20,990 nucleotides of DNA from Azolla caroliniana (taxonomy: Eukaryota > Plantae > Polypodiophyta), in the NCBI GenBank assembly GCA_043228905.1, contig JBHGNT010000551.1:1-20990 (forward strand). The letters run 5' to 3'. Below are positions 8,216 to 17,335 of this stretch, one piece after another. The notes under the pieces were generated by a model. The model saw only the letters and a program-made list of their open reading frames with translations, was not told the DNA's origin and ran no database searches. A program made the position numbers and the translations under genes. Position 1 is the stretch's first letter. Every line of letters starts with the position of its first letter.

Positions 8216-10996
8216 ATGAGTGAAGATTCACCGTTCTCGATTGAAGAATATTGTTTGTCATCAGACCCATCGTTTTCTACTGAAGAGTATTGTTTGTCAA
8301 CAGAGTCACCATATTCGATTGAAGAATATTGTCTTTCGACCGACTCACCATATTCTATCGAAGAATATTGTTTGAGCTCATCTACAGGGAATGTAAATAA
8401 TGACACATGTGAAGAGTTCTCTATTGAAGAATACGATATTAATAAAGATACGGAGAATGAAGGAAGTGCCCAGGAAACATTGAATAACATTGGCGATGGT
8501 CAGAACAGAGAATTAGACTGTAACAAGGTTACACCAACCTCTATGCAGGAAGAGAAATCTGGGAGCCCTATGCATATTAGAAGAATCCCACGAAGAATTC
8601 GTCTTGCTAGATTTAGCTTGGTGACATCAGATAAACAGATTGGATTTGATGTCAACAAAATATGTTGTGCCCGTGGTTGTATGTCTATGATTGGAAAATC
8701 AAAGTTGCGAGAATTAAGGCGATACTATTTTTCGATGACCGGTGATGAGCAAGACACTTACCTCGGATCACATATGCAACTAGTATCTGACAAATGTACG
8801 GGGATCAAAGTATCATTCGAGTATTATATCTTCCATGCGCAACAGATATGTAGAGTTGCATTCAAAATTGCGTTATGTGTTAGTAACATGCGGCTACATA
8901 GAGTACAACAACGTCTACTTAGCGGGGATCAGATGCTCAATTGTAAAGAGGTTCCAAGTATGAAAGGTGCAATTGGAAGACTAGCTATTGGCTGGATGAA
9001 AACTTACTTTCAGTTAAATTGTGAAGTAATGCCCACTACAGGTAGGATGCATCTTTCTGATAATTATACCCGTCGGGAAGTTTATGATGTCTATCGATCT
9101 GAAATGCTGGGCTCACGTAATAAGTCTATCACCTATAGCCAATTCACAAGATTATGGAGAGCTCGGTTTTCAAATGTTATTATTCCTCGTAAAGTACGTA
9201 TGGGGTATTGCTCCATTTGTGCAAATCTTAAAAGTTTGGCTAAAGGTGCAAAGACATCAATGGAAAAGGATACGAGTAAGAAGTTACTACAAGAGCATCG
9301 TGAGGCACAATCCTTAGAACGAAGGAAGGCGATGCATCATAGAGAGAAGTGTTTGAAGAGGCCTGAACAATACATGTGCTTAATGATAGATGGCATGGAC
9401 CAGAAGAAGACATGCTTGCCGCATATGCGGAGGCTCCCCAAATATGTCAATGATGAGTGCCTTGTTCAAATGCACTTGGTGGGATGCTTGGCTTATAATA
9501 GGTCTGTTCGACCTCACGTCTTCATTACTTACCCCAATGTTCACAATGACCCTAACCTAACAGTTACAGTGATTCACCGAGTTTTGATGTCTTGGGGACA
9601 ACCTTTCCCCCCTGTTCTATACATTCAATTGGACAATACTGCTAGAGAGAACAAAAATTCAACTGTATTTGGCTATCTAAGTATGTTGGTCAACCTAGAA
9701 TTGTTTAGGAAAGTGAAAGTCAATTTCCTTTTGGTTGGCCACACACATGACCATATAGATCAGATGTTTAGCACATTCTCCAGACAGTTGTCTCGGCATG
9801 ATGCTTTCACTTTACCTAAACTATTTGATGTCATTTGTGATGCATATACACCACGCCCAAAAGTGTTACACTTGAAGGAGGTATATGACTTTAAGAGATA
9901 TATATTAGATGGGGGTGGTGGGAATGTTAAAGTGCTTGCTCAGTTAAACAATATAAGTTTCAATCACATTTTTTTGATAAAGAAAAATGGAATAAGTGGT
10001 TCTACACTTTTGTATGCTAAACAATATTCATCTTCTACAACATGGGAACCTGAAGGTGGTTGCCAGTTATTACTTTGTATGCCGAGTACAATTGTCCATG
10101 GAGCTAAACAAATGCCAATTGAGAAGAAAGGACAGTTGCAGAGCGACTTGGTATCAGAACAAAAACGGTCATGGCTCCAAGCCTTAGAAGAAAAAAGAAA
10201 GCATATTGAGGCCGCCAAGAAATATGCCGCACAACAAGACACGTCATGGTGGGATGTATTTTATAGTGATCAGAAAGAAATTATAGACAATTGTGTATCT
10301 GTTGATAATTGGAATTTGGAAACGCCATTCACATGGTCGCTGCAACATGATCGCGTAAATAGAAGTCCGGAGCGACTAGTAAATGCGATTAATGACAGCT
10401 TGGTCCATCCACAACAAAGAGACATTTATGTGGGACCAAGGATGACCAAAGCAGCCGAAGCTAGATGGCAAGCAAATTTGCAAGAGCTCACCGCGGGGAT
10501 GTTGATTGCAACGCCGGCTGATGAGAACTCACATGGCCACCAATTTTGGGTTGGTAAAATTCTAGAAGTGCTAATGCATGAAATAGAAAACACGATCAAG
10601 TCTATAAATGTTCATTGGTACAACACTAGAAGTGCAAATGCTTTTACAGGTAAGTATACATTGGAGATGATTGAATGCCAAACAAGAAGGGGAGGTAGGA
10701 AGAGGAAGCGAAACATTCGTAACACCTCGACCCTTGATATCTCTGATGTGGATATCATCGTGTACGACTTCACACTTACAAAAGCCGGACGATTAAGGAA
10801 GTCAACAATAGATATAATAAAAGAAAAATTACCAGATCTACAAGGTGGCTCGAGTCAAAGGCAAACGAGATCTGCTACATATAATCTAGAGTCAAACCAT
10901 TTGGTTTATGATGAAGATAATGCACTGATTGGTACATCCGAGGATGATGAGGAGGAATCGTCATTGTATATTAGTTATAGTAGTGATTCTCCGTAA
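8216..10996 (+). CDS. Intronless DDD-type transposase (Sola-like, probably Sola1-related), 926 aa
   Basis: Cys/His-rich region (CCARGC, CRVAF, CSIC..H). RNase H-like motifs LMIDGMDQ, YIQLDNTARENKN and FLLVGHTHDHIDQMFS. Sits inside TIRs with a 4-bp TSD. The superfamily label comes from motif recall, not a search. Confidence 0.85.
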   Translation: MSEDSPFSIEEYCLSSDPSFSTEEYCLSTESPYSIEEYCLSTDSPYSIEEYCLSSSTGNVNNDTCEEFSIEEYDINKDTENEGSAQETLNNIGDGQNRELDCNKVTPTSMQEEKSGSPMHIRRIPRRIRLARFSLVTSDKQIGFDVNKICCARGCMSMIGKSKLRELRRYYFSMTGDEQDTYLGSHMQLVSDKCTGIKVSFEYYIFHAQQICRVAFKIALCVSNMRLHRVQQRLLSGDQMLNCKEVPSMKGAIGRLAIGWMKTYFQLNCEVMPTTGRMHLSDNYTRREVYDVYRSEMLGSRNKSITYSQFTRLWRARFSNVIIPRKVRMGYCSICANLKSLAKGAKTSMEKDTSKKLLQEHREAQSLERRKAMHHREKCLKRPEQYMCLMIDGMDQKKTCLPHMRRLPKYVNDECLVQMHLVGCLAYNRSVRPHVFITYPNVHNDPNLTVTVIHRVLMSWGQPFPPVLYIQLDNTARENKNSTVFGYLSMLVNLELFRKVKVNFLLVGHTHDHIDQMFSTFSRQLSRHDAFTLPKLFDVICDAYTPRPKVLHLKEVYDFKRYILDGGGGNVKVLAQLNNISFNHIFLIKKNGISGSTLLYAKQYSSSTTWEPEGGCQLLLCMPSTIVHGAKQMPIEKKGQLQSDLVSEQKRSWLQALEEKRKHIEAAKKYAAQQDTSWWDVFYSDQKEIIDNCVSVDNWNLETPFTWSLQHDRVNRSPERLVNAINDSLVHPQQRDIYVGPRMTKAAEARWQANLQELTAGMLIATPADENSHGHQFWVGKILEVLMHEIENTIKSINVHWYNTRSANAFTGKYTLEMIECQTRRGGRKRKRNIRNTSTLDISDVDIIVYDFTLTKAGRLRKSTIDIIKEKLPDLQGGSSQRQTRSATYNLESNHLVYDEDNALIGTSEDDEEESSLYISYSSDSP
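8228..8383 (+). repeat. Four 39-bp (13-aa) coding repeats at the transposase N-terminus
   Basis: SPFSIEEYCLSSD / PSFSTEEYCLSTE / SPYSIEEYCLSTD / SPYSIEEYCLSSS, plus a partial FSIEEYD near 8416. Confidence 0.92.
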
Positions 10997-11318
10997 AGGA
11001 GTGATCATGAATGTATATTTGGCTATTAAGTGTAACTACATTCCGCTTGTAACAAATCGAGTAATATAAAATCATGTGTTTTGAATTCTTATGATTTCCC
11101 AAAAATCGTTTCTTATAAAATAACATTGGTTGTAAAGTTTGTGATATAAATTGAGAATGTATGTTTTTGAAATTCGTCTTTTTTTAGTTACTTCTAAATC
11201 ACGAAAATAGTGGATTTTTAACCTTTTTCATAGTATGTTTGAACTTGTATGATACTGGTATCAATGTGTTTTGTAAAATCATTGAAAAACCCCTAAAATT
11301 TCCCTTATCCTTCCATTT

Positions 11319-11354
11319 ATGCGTGATCCTTCCACTTGTGAACGCGAACGTGTT
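11319..11354 (-). repeat. Right terminal inverted repeat
   Basis: ATGCGTGATCCTTCCACTTGTGAACGCGAACGTGTT, followed by the TSD TACA (11355-11358). Confidence 0.93.
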
Positions 11355-11358
11355 TACA

Positions 11359-11793
11359 CTGTTACGCGCTCAAATCTTGCGCCAACAAGAATGACAACAG
11401 CACAATTCTCTGTTTGCCCTAAGTCATATTTATACTAATATGACTTTCCGGCTATTTACAAATATAGCCCCGTTGGACTCCCAGAAAACATATTTACAAA
11501 TATGTCCCTTCATCCGGTGAGCACTTCTCACCGGGCCTTCATCGTCTGGCTCATGCCGGGTACTCCTCATCCGGTTCTCACCGGGTCTTCCGTAGCCGCG
11601 TACTCCTCATCTGGCGCTTGCCGGGTACACCACATCCGATTCTCACCGGGTCTTCCGTTGCCGGGTACTTGTCATCCGGTTCTCACCGGGTCTTCCGTAG
11701 CTGGGTACTCCAAATCCTGTTTCGGCCTCGGCCGAGTTTGCTCATCAGTACTGTTCTTCTCATTTCCCATCCGGAGGGACTTGTTTCCTAACA
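11359..11793 (-). repeat. Copia-A 5' LTR, distal segment, with internal CCGG-rich repeats at ~11510-11710
   Basis: Collinear with the second half of the LTR at 19782-20367 (tttgcccta, atatttatact, gctatttacaaat, catatttacaaatatgtc, cccatccggagggac..aaca). Confidence 0.9.
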
Positions 11794-12400
11794 AGTTAAT
11801 GGATAGTACTAATGAACAAATTAGTACTAACGAACAAAGTTGAATATAGCTAAGATATGAATTGGTACAAACATTACTGAGAGGGGGCAATCCTATGTTA
11901 TAATTTAGTACTAGTGCATGACAACGGACAGTCCTAAGTTATAAGTTGGTCTTAATGAACAAACTTGGACAGTTCTAAGTGATTAATTAGTACTAATGCA
12001 TGACAATGGACAGTCCTAAGTTATAAGTTGGTCTTAATGAATAAAGTTGGACAGTACTAAGTTAATGGATAGTACTAATGAACATGGTTGGATAGTACTA
12101 AGTTAATAATTAGTATTAATGAGAGAGAACAATCCTAAATTATAAATTAGTACTAACGAACAAAGTTGATTATAGCTAAGTTACTCATTAGTACAAACAT
12201 TACTAAGAGGGGGCAATCCTAAGTTATAATTTAGTACTTGCACATGTGCACCTTTGGGGACAATACTATGTTGTAAATTACGGATACATTACAAGACCTC
12301 AACCTTAATTAGTACTTGTACACATAGGATGACAGTACTAACTTGTAAGTTAAGTTTACTTAACATTGTTATTACCATAATCAGTACTAGTGAATCTAGG
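11794..12400. repeat. Degenerate AGTACT-rich minisatellite (~35-40-bp subunits) in a predicted transposase intron
   Basis: Recurrent tagtactaa, ggacagtcctaagttataagttggtcttaatgaa (x2) and gagggggcaatccta (x2). Confidence 0.8.
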
Positions 12401-12503
12401 TGCATGTCATTCAGTATTTTATACAAACATTTCTAAGTACTATGGAGTATTACCAAAATAGACTTCCATTTATAAGTACCAAACATATGGATTATTTCCT
12501 CAC

Positions 12504-14172
12504 CTTGCAATGAAGTAGAAGGACCGGGCCGCCTTAAATTGTGAGGTAGCACCATCAAACCAAACCCAATGCCGATTAAAGTTAACATCCAAGGACAATT
12601 AATCTGCATGGTGAAGCTTAAAACAATGTTGAACAAATAGTGTATCGTGCTTTTTATCATCTGAAATGTAGAATATTGATTTCTTATGTAACTCGCCGTC
12701 TTTTCTCTAGTAGCAAATATGTACAAGTATTGTACATTGGTCATTATACCAATGCATTGATTGAACCTCATTTTGAACTTTAAACGTATAGTTCTTTGCA
12801 AAGTCAATAACGGATACTATAACATTTGGTTGTAAGTTATTTATACATTCCTTGAACTGTGAATTTTGCCAATAACTCCTAAAGTTATGTGGAATGAACT
12901 CCTCGAGTTGGTTCTTAAATTCTGAGACAAGGGTAGTAGCACATGTCTCCTTATATACTTCCTTGATACGCTTACTAACAAGACCCTTACCTATATTTTC
13001 TGTCACATACTCTAAATATTTCCATTTCACAATATGACAGTTATCTACATCAAGGTCTTGTCTACAAAATGGTGGTTGTGGGCAAACTTTACATGTTCTT
13101 AGAAGACATGTACGATTATGCCACTCAGATGATGGTTGTTTTTCACAAACAAAAGACCCCCATATCACAGAAACTGATGCGTAAGTCGTGTTTCGTGCAT
13201 TACATCTATTATCACTCCCATTTGGTCTACATATCTCACAAGTGCAAACACACCCATCCCCGTGTATACCCTTAGAATCAGTACGCATACTATTCAGGCC
13301 AAGCCTTAACATGTCCATTTTAATGTGGTACACACAACAACATGTGTTCCTCTCTTTTAACTTTCTAACAAAAAACGGTTTCAAACCTTGGAACTTGCGA
13401 AATCCAAGATTGATGTTAGGATGTTGGTCTTTGAAGTTCATGAACAATTCCGCCTACATCACTCAATAAATAACAAATGTTAATAGAATCCTTTAATACA
13501 AAAAAATATTTAAAAACAAATAGATAAAAACAAAAGAATTATCTTAGTCATCTCCAAGAAGTGTCTTGGGTGAATTTGGTACCTACCCCGACTTATACGT
13601 TGTCTACATACATCTTTTTTATTCAGTGAGACATGAGTGTTTTTTGTCCAAATGGAATCCACTTTCTCAACAATCTCTTGAGACAAGGCATCACATCGTC
13701 GTCTACGGCCTAACCCCAACCACTTAAATTGATTTGACTGTATATTTGTCTGATGCTTCCTCAAGTTTCTTCTTTGAATACCAAGGGCTAAGGCAACTTT
13801 AGTATCACTATATTTGTTTTTGGTTGTACCATTTACAACCATGTGAAGGGATGCTCTTTTTGCGCCAAGCTTATCTATGCTCTCTACCCCTTTCACTAAG
13901 TGTAGTGACGACTTCATAGACTCTACAATCTCCTCTGAAACACATTGGTCCCTAATCTTAATATTTTCCATGCACTCATTCAAAAGTTGATGGTGTAACA
14001 CTCTAGAGATAATATCCCTACGATCTTCCTTGGTAAATCTCTCAATTACTTCTAGTAAATAACGAACTATGTGAAGAACCACCCGTCTCTTGCTCCTCTC
14101 AGACATAGAATTGCTACATGACAAGTCACTCTCCTTGACATCTACCATTGCCACTCTCATGTATTCCAGCAC
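12504..14172 (-). pseudogene. Spliced Sola2-like transposase pseudogene
   Basis: Exons ~14172-13543 (donor apparently mutated GT>AT) and ~13453-12504. Motifs RNTCCCVYH, VIDFAKNY..QNEVQSMHW..QCTIL, ISDDKKHDTLFV and HWVWFDGATSQFK. Two in-frame stops; ends at the donor AAG|gtgagg. Confidence 0.82.
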
Positions 14173-14360
14173 CTAATTTTTTGTTATTTCAGTACCTAAT
14201 TAACCACATCAACCAGTTTTCGAATAAACATGTACGATAATACCACACACATATATTCCTTTAACAAAACAATACAATACTAAGAAAGACAACCATACCA
14301 ACAGGCTAATATAAAAGTCAAGTTTCAAGTGTTATCCACAAGTGTCTAACATCAATGGCA

Positions 14361-15245
14361 GAAGATTATCATTCTATTAAGATCGAGAAATTGACAATAC
14401 TAATCATGATGATGATGATGACATAATATTTTCAGCATAAATAAATCTTCAAGTTTCCATTTCAAAGGATAATCAATAAATAATAAACCCTTAAAAAACA
14501 GTTCTGAAATAACCAATGCTTAAAAAACTGTTCTGGAAAAAACAGTTCTGAAGACATACCGAGTGAAGGAGACGACATACCGAGGGAAGATTATCATTGT
14601 ATTAAGATCTAGAACTTGACAATAATAATCATAATGATGATGAAGACATTATCTTTTAAGCATAAATAAATCTTCAAGTTTCCATTTCAAAGGATAATCA
14701 ATAAATAATAAACCCTTAAAAAACAGTTCTAAAATAACCAATGCTTAAAAAACTGTTCTGAAAACATACCGAGGGAAGGAGACGACATACCGAGGGAAGA
14801 TTATCATTGTATTAAGATCTAGAACTTGACAATAATAATCATAATGATGATGAAGACATTATCTTTTAAGCATAAATAAATCTTCAAGTTTCCATTTCAA
14901 AGGATAATCAATAAATATGAAACCTTAAAAAACAGTTCTAAAATAACCAATGCTTAAAAAACAGTTCTGAAAACATACCGAGGGAAGGAGACGACATACC
15001 GAGGGAAGATTATCATTCTATTAAGATCTAGAACTTGACAATAATAATCATGATGATGATGAAGACATTATCTTTTTAGCATAAATAAATCTTCAAGTTT
15101 CCATTTCAAAGGATAATCAATAAATATTAAACCTTAAAAAACAATTCTTAAATAACCAATGCTTAAAAAATAGTTCTGAAAAAACAGTTTTGAAGACATA
15201 CCGAGGGAAGAAGAAGACATACCGAGGGAAGGAGAAGACATAGCG
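14361..15245. repeat. Four tandem copies of a ~210-225-bp unit, subterminal in the Sola2-like element
   Basis: Units start gaagattatcatt at 14361, 14586, 14796 and 15005. Each contains doubled aaaacagttct and acataccgagggaag motifs. Confidence 0.93.
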
Positions 15246-15687
15246 ACGAAAGGCGAAGATGGCTCAGATGTGTGACACAAAGAACGCTTGATCATTTCCA
15301 CCTAGGTTTGATTCGTAGATAAGGAATGGCAAGACCCCAAATCTTGGGGACATTCGCATGTTGTGAATACCTGAGATGTAGAGAACGACAAACAGAGATG
15401 GGCTCGGTTGGAAGGAGGAAGGGGATGCGCCAAAATGGTGAGAAGCGCCACATTCAATTAATGTGGTGTGCTAAATAAAAAATGAGGGGGAAATAGCCCC
15501 CAAATCACTCCTGACTCCTGAATACCTCACAATTGTTTCCCCCCATTAAATGCAATGTGTACTACCCCCACCCCACTCCCTAAAAAGATTATAAAATTTT
15601 TCGATTTTTTTAAAATATTTTTTATAAAGTACTCGTGTTTTTATTGGTCAAAAACAGTACTTTTTTGGTACACCGTATCATGCTTTG

Positions 15688-15691
<4 letters not shown>

Positions 15692-15732
<41 letters not shown>
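15692..15732. repeat. (CT)~20 microsatellite of the Copia-B LTR at the Sola2-like junction
   Basis: Read directly; the other LTR copies have CT-rich tracts at the same position (2101-2120, ~20054-20085). Confidence 0.95.
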
Positions 15733-15736
<4 letters not shown>

Positions 15737-16040
15737 TCTATACAACAGCAGCACTCAACTCAAAATAATAATCATACATCAGATAACAACTAACTCTATA
15801 ACCATTTTCCCTAGGTATATTTATACTTATATAACTTACGGGCTATTTACAAATGTGGCCTCAACGGCCCATAAGAACATATTTACAAATTTGTCTCTCT
15901 TCACGATTCATACCGGATCCGGCCGAACTACTTCCGGTTTCATCTAGTCCGGCTTTCGGATCCATCCGATTTTGCTTCCTCCTCCAAATCCTCTGATCTT
16001 GCTCGATTGGTCCCCATCCGGAGGGACCGATATCTCAACA
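15695..16040 (-). repeat. Copia-B 3' LTR (partial)
   Basis: Direct repeat of ~20065-20367; ends ...tctcaaca (TGTTGAGA on -). Confidence 0.92.
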
Positions 16041-16060
16041 ATCTCCACCTTCACTCCCAC
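16041..16060 (-). promoter_or_regulatory. Polypurine tract of Copia-B
   Basis: Minus strand GTGGGAGTGAAGGTGGAGAT directly abutting the LTR TG. Confidence 0.85.
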
Positions 16061-16642
16061 ATGGGGTCTTGGTTAACCCAATCTGTCTCCGGCACGAGTC
16101 TAGCTAGTCGGTTGACAGCACCTTTGTCAGCATATCCGACCCGTTCTCCTTTGTGTGGATCTTCACTAGAGTGAAGTCTTGATCTTCTACTCTCTCCCAA
16201 AGCCAATGGTATCTACGCTAGATGTGCTTCATCCTGGAGTGGTAGGTTGTGTTCTTTGCAAGGTGCATGGCGTTTTGACTGTCACAGTAGAGCCAGTATT
16301 CCTCCTGTTAGATCCCCAACTCTATGAGGAAGTCCTTCATCCAGACTATTTCCTTGCCAGCTTCCATTCCCGCCATGTACTCCGCTTCCATTGTCGCTAG
16401 TGCAACGCATTTCTACAGCCTTGACTGCCACGATATGGCTCCCCCTGCAAATGTCATATCTGGATGTAGACCGACTGATGTCTGTATCAGCCGACATGTC
16501 TGAATCAGTGAATCCTTCATGTTGGGGTTTACTTGAGCCGAATCGGAGGCACAACCTCAAGGTGCCTTTTAGGTACCGAAGTATCCACTTGACGACGGCC
16601 TAGTGTTCTCTTCCCAGATTGCTCATGAACCGGTTGATCGCC
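16061..16642 (-). pseudogene. Copia RT C-terminal end and RNase H remnant
   Basis: AINRFMSNLGREH*AVVKWILRYLKGT, EGFTDSDMSAD..SRSTS, plus KHI..RYHW and NGSDMLTK-type motifs, with frameshifts. Confidence 0.88.
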
Positions 16643-16684
16643 ATGGTAATGCGTAAGTCATCGGTTCAAATACGATAAGGGGTT
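16639..16684 (+). pseudogene. trnT-GGU: 3' portion of plastid-type tRNA-Thr(GGU), a non-functional nuclear copy
   Basis: CGCCATGGTAATGCGTAAGTCATCGGTTCAAATACGATAAGGGGTT closely matches the land-plant plastid trnT-GGU as I recall it (..CGCCATGGTAAGGCGTAAGTCATCGGTTCAAATCCGATAAGGGGCT). Anticodon GGT at 16645-16647; D-arm and 5' acceptor strand are absent. Confidence 0.85.
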
Positions 16685-16980
16685 GGTCAAACAAAGATAC
16701 CATAAAGAAAACATCATTTATATCGTTTCAACGGAAGTCGCTAAACCAGAACCAGTATGAGTTACGAGGGAAATAAAAAAAAGCCTGCTTATAGAAAAAC
16801 CTCAAGATGCTGGCACAAAATGAGTTATTTCGCGAGATACCAGGATATTTTCATAAAACTTGAAACAAACTACCAAATTCTTTGAACAAATCCCTTTCTG
16901 TTCACTTATGACTCTACTAAAGGAAATCTAAATACCGATAGAATTAGCAACAGATTGATAGGTGAAAATGTGGTATGGCT
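16685..16980 (+). other. Probable plastid intergenic spacer downstream of trnT-GGU (NUPT)
   Basis: AT-rich, non-Copia sequence contiguous with the trnT fragment. Identity is inferred from adjacency; the right boundary is approximate. Confidence 0.5.
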
Positions 16981-16984
16981 GGCT

Positions 16985-17303
16985 CATCCAGCTAGTGGTG
17001 AAGCTCACTACGAGAGTGGTCGGCTATGCACACTTTGCCCTAAACAAGTTTGCGAGTCTAAGTATCACACTTTGATACAATGCTCTACCTTTGATCATAT
17101 TCGACCATGTTTTCCACATCTCTTCAACCGAGCCCAATCCTTGCATGAATTCCTCTCACAACCACAATGTGCACTCTCGATTGCACAATTGATTGGTAAA
17201 GTTCTTGAACATCGAGAGTCACTACTCACTTTCACACATATCACGTGAGATGTGATATTTTTGGTCTCATAGGTCATATTTGACCTTCGAAGACGATAAT
17301 ATA

Positions 17304-17335
<32 letters not shown>
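16985..17335 (+). mobile_element. 5'-truncated non-LTR retrotransposon (LINE, RTE/RTE-X-like) 3' end
   Basis: ORF2 C-terminal CCHC-like motif RLCTLCPKQVCESKYHTLIQCSTFDHIR, stop at 17248, 3' UTR hairpin AGGTCA-tatt-TGACCT (17271-17286), and an (ATCT)8 tail at 17304-17335. Confidence 0.75.

Larger units (their letters stand above)
2126..11354. mobile_element. Apparently intact 9,229-bp TIR DNA transposon (Sola-like) carrying a transposase and a ParB-methyltransferase cargo gene
   Basis: 36-bp TIRs (33/36 match). TACA is duplicated at 2122-2125 and 11355-11358. Removing the element restores a continuous Copia LTR. Two divergent intact genes inside. Confidence 0.93.
1..11793 (-). mobile_element. 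Ty1/Copia LTR retrotransposon (Copia-A, Tnt1-like), 5' part only; its 5' LTR is split by a 9.2-kb DNA transposon
   Basis: Minus-strand order LTR-PBS-gag-PR-IN. LTR termini read TGTTAGGA (11793) ... TCCTATCA (1829) on the minus strand. The element runs off the left edge within integrase. Confidence 0.92.
11794..15694 (-). mobile_element. Decayed Sola2-like DNA transposon, 5' part (the remainder is expected beyond Copia-A, outside the window)
   Basis: Transposase remnant, subterminal tandem repeats, and a minus-strand terminus (GA)GGGGTCAAAGCATG fitting the Sola2 5'-GRG end. The exact end (15692 or 15694) is blurred by the CT tract; the second TIR is not visible. Confidence 0.72.

Noticed and set aside
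2126-11354. CACTA/EnSpm, hAT, Mutator or Helitron assignment
   Set aside because: The termini are not CACTA, the TSD is 4 bp (not 2-3, 8 or 9-11), and there are no Rep/helicase motifs.
12433-12807. 124-aa ORF as a separate gene
   Set aside because: Alternative frame over the Sola2-like transposase; the conserved motifs lie in the stop-interrupted frame continuing 12707..13447.
15555-15947. 130-aa ORF with an SL repeat
   Set aside because: It spans a transposon end, the CT microsatellite and an LTR, so it is not a plausible gene.
16639-16684. Functional tRNA gene or intact Pol III SINE head
   Set aside because: The 5' part including the D-arm/A-box is missing, and the anticodon and T stems carry mismatches.
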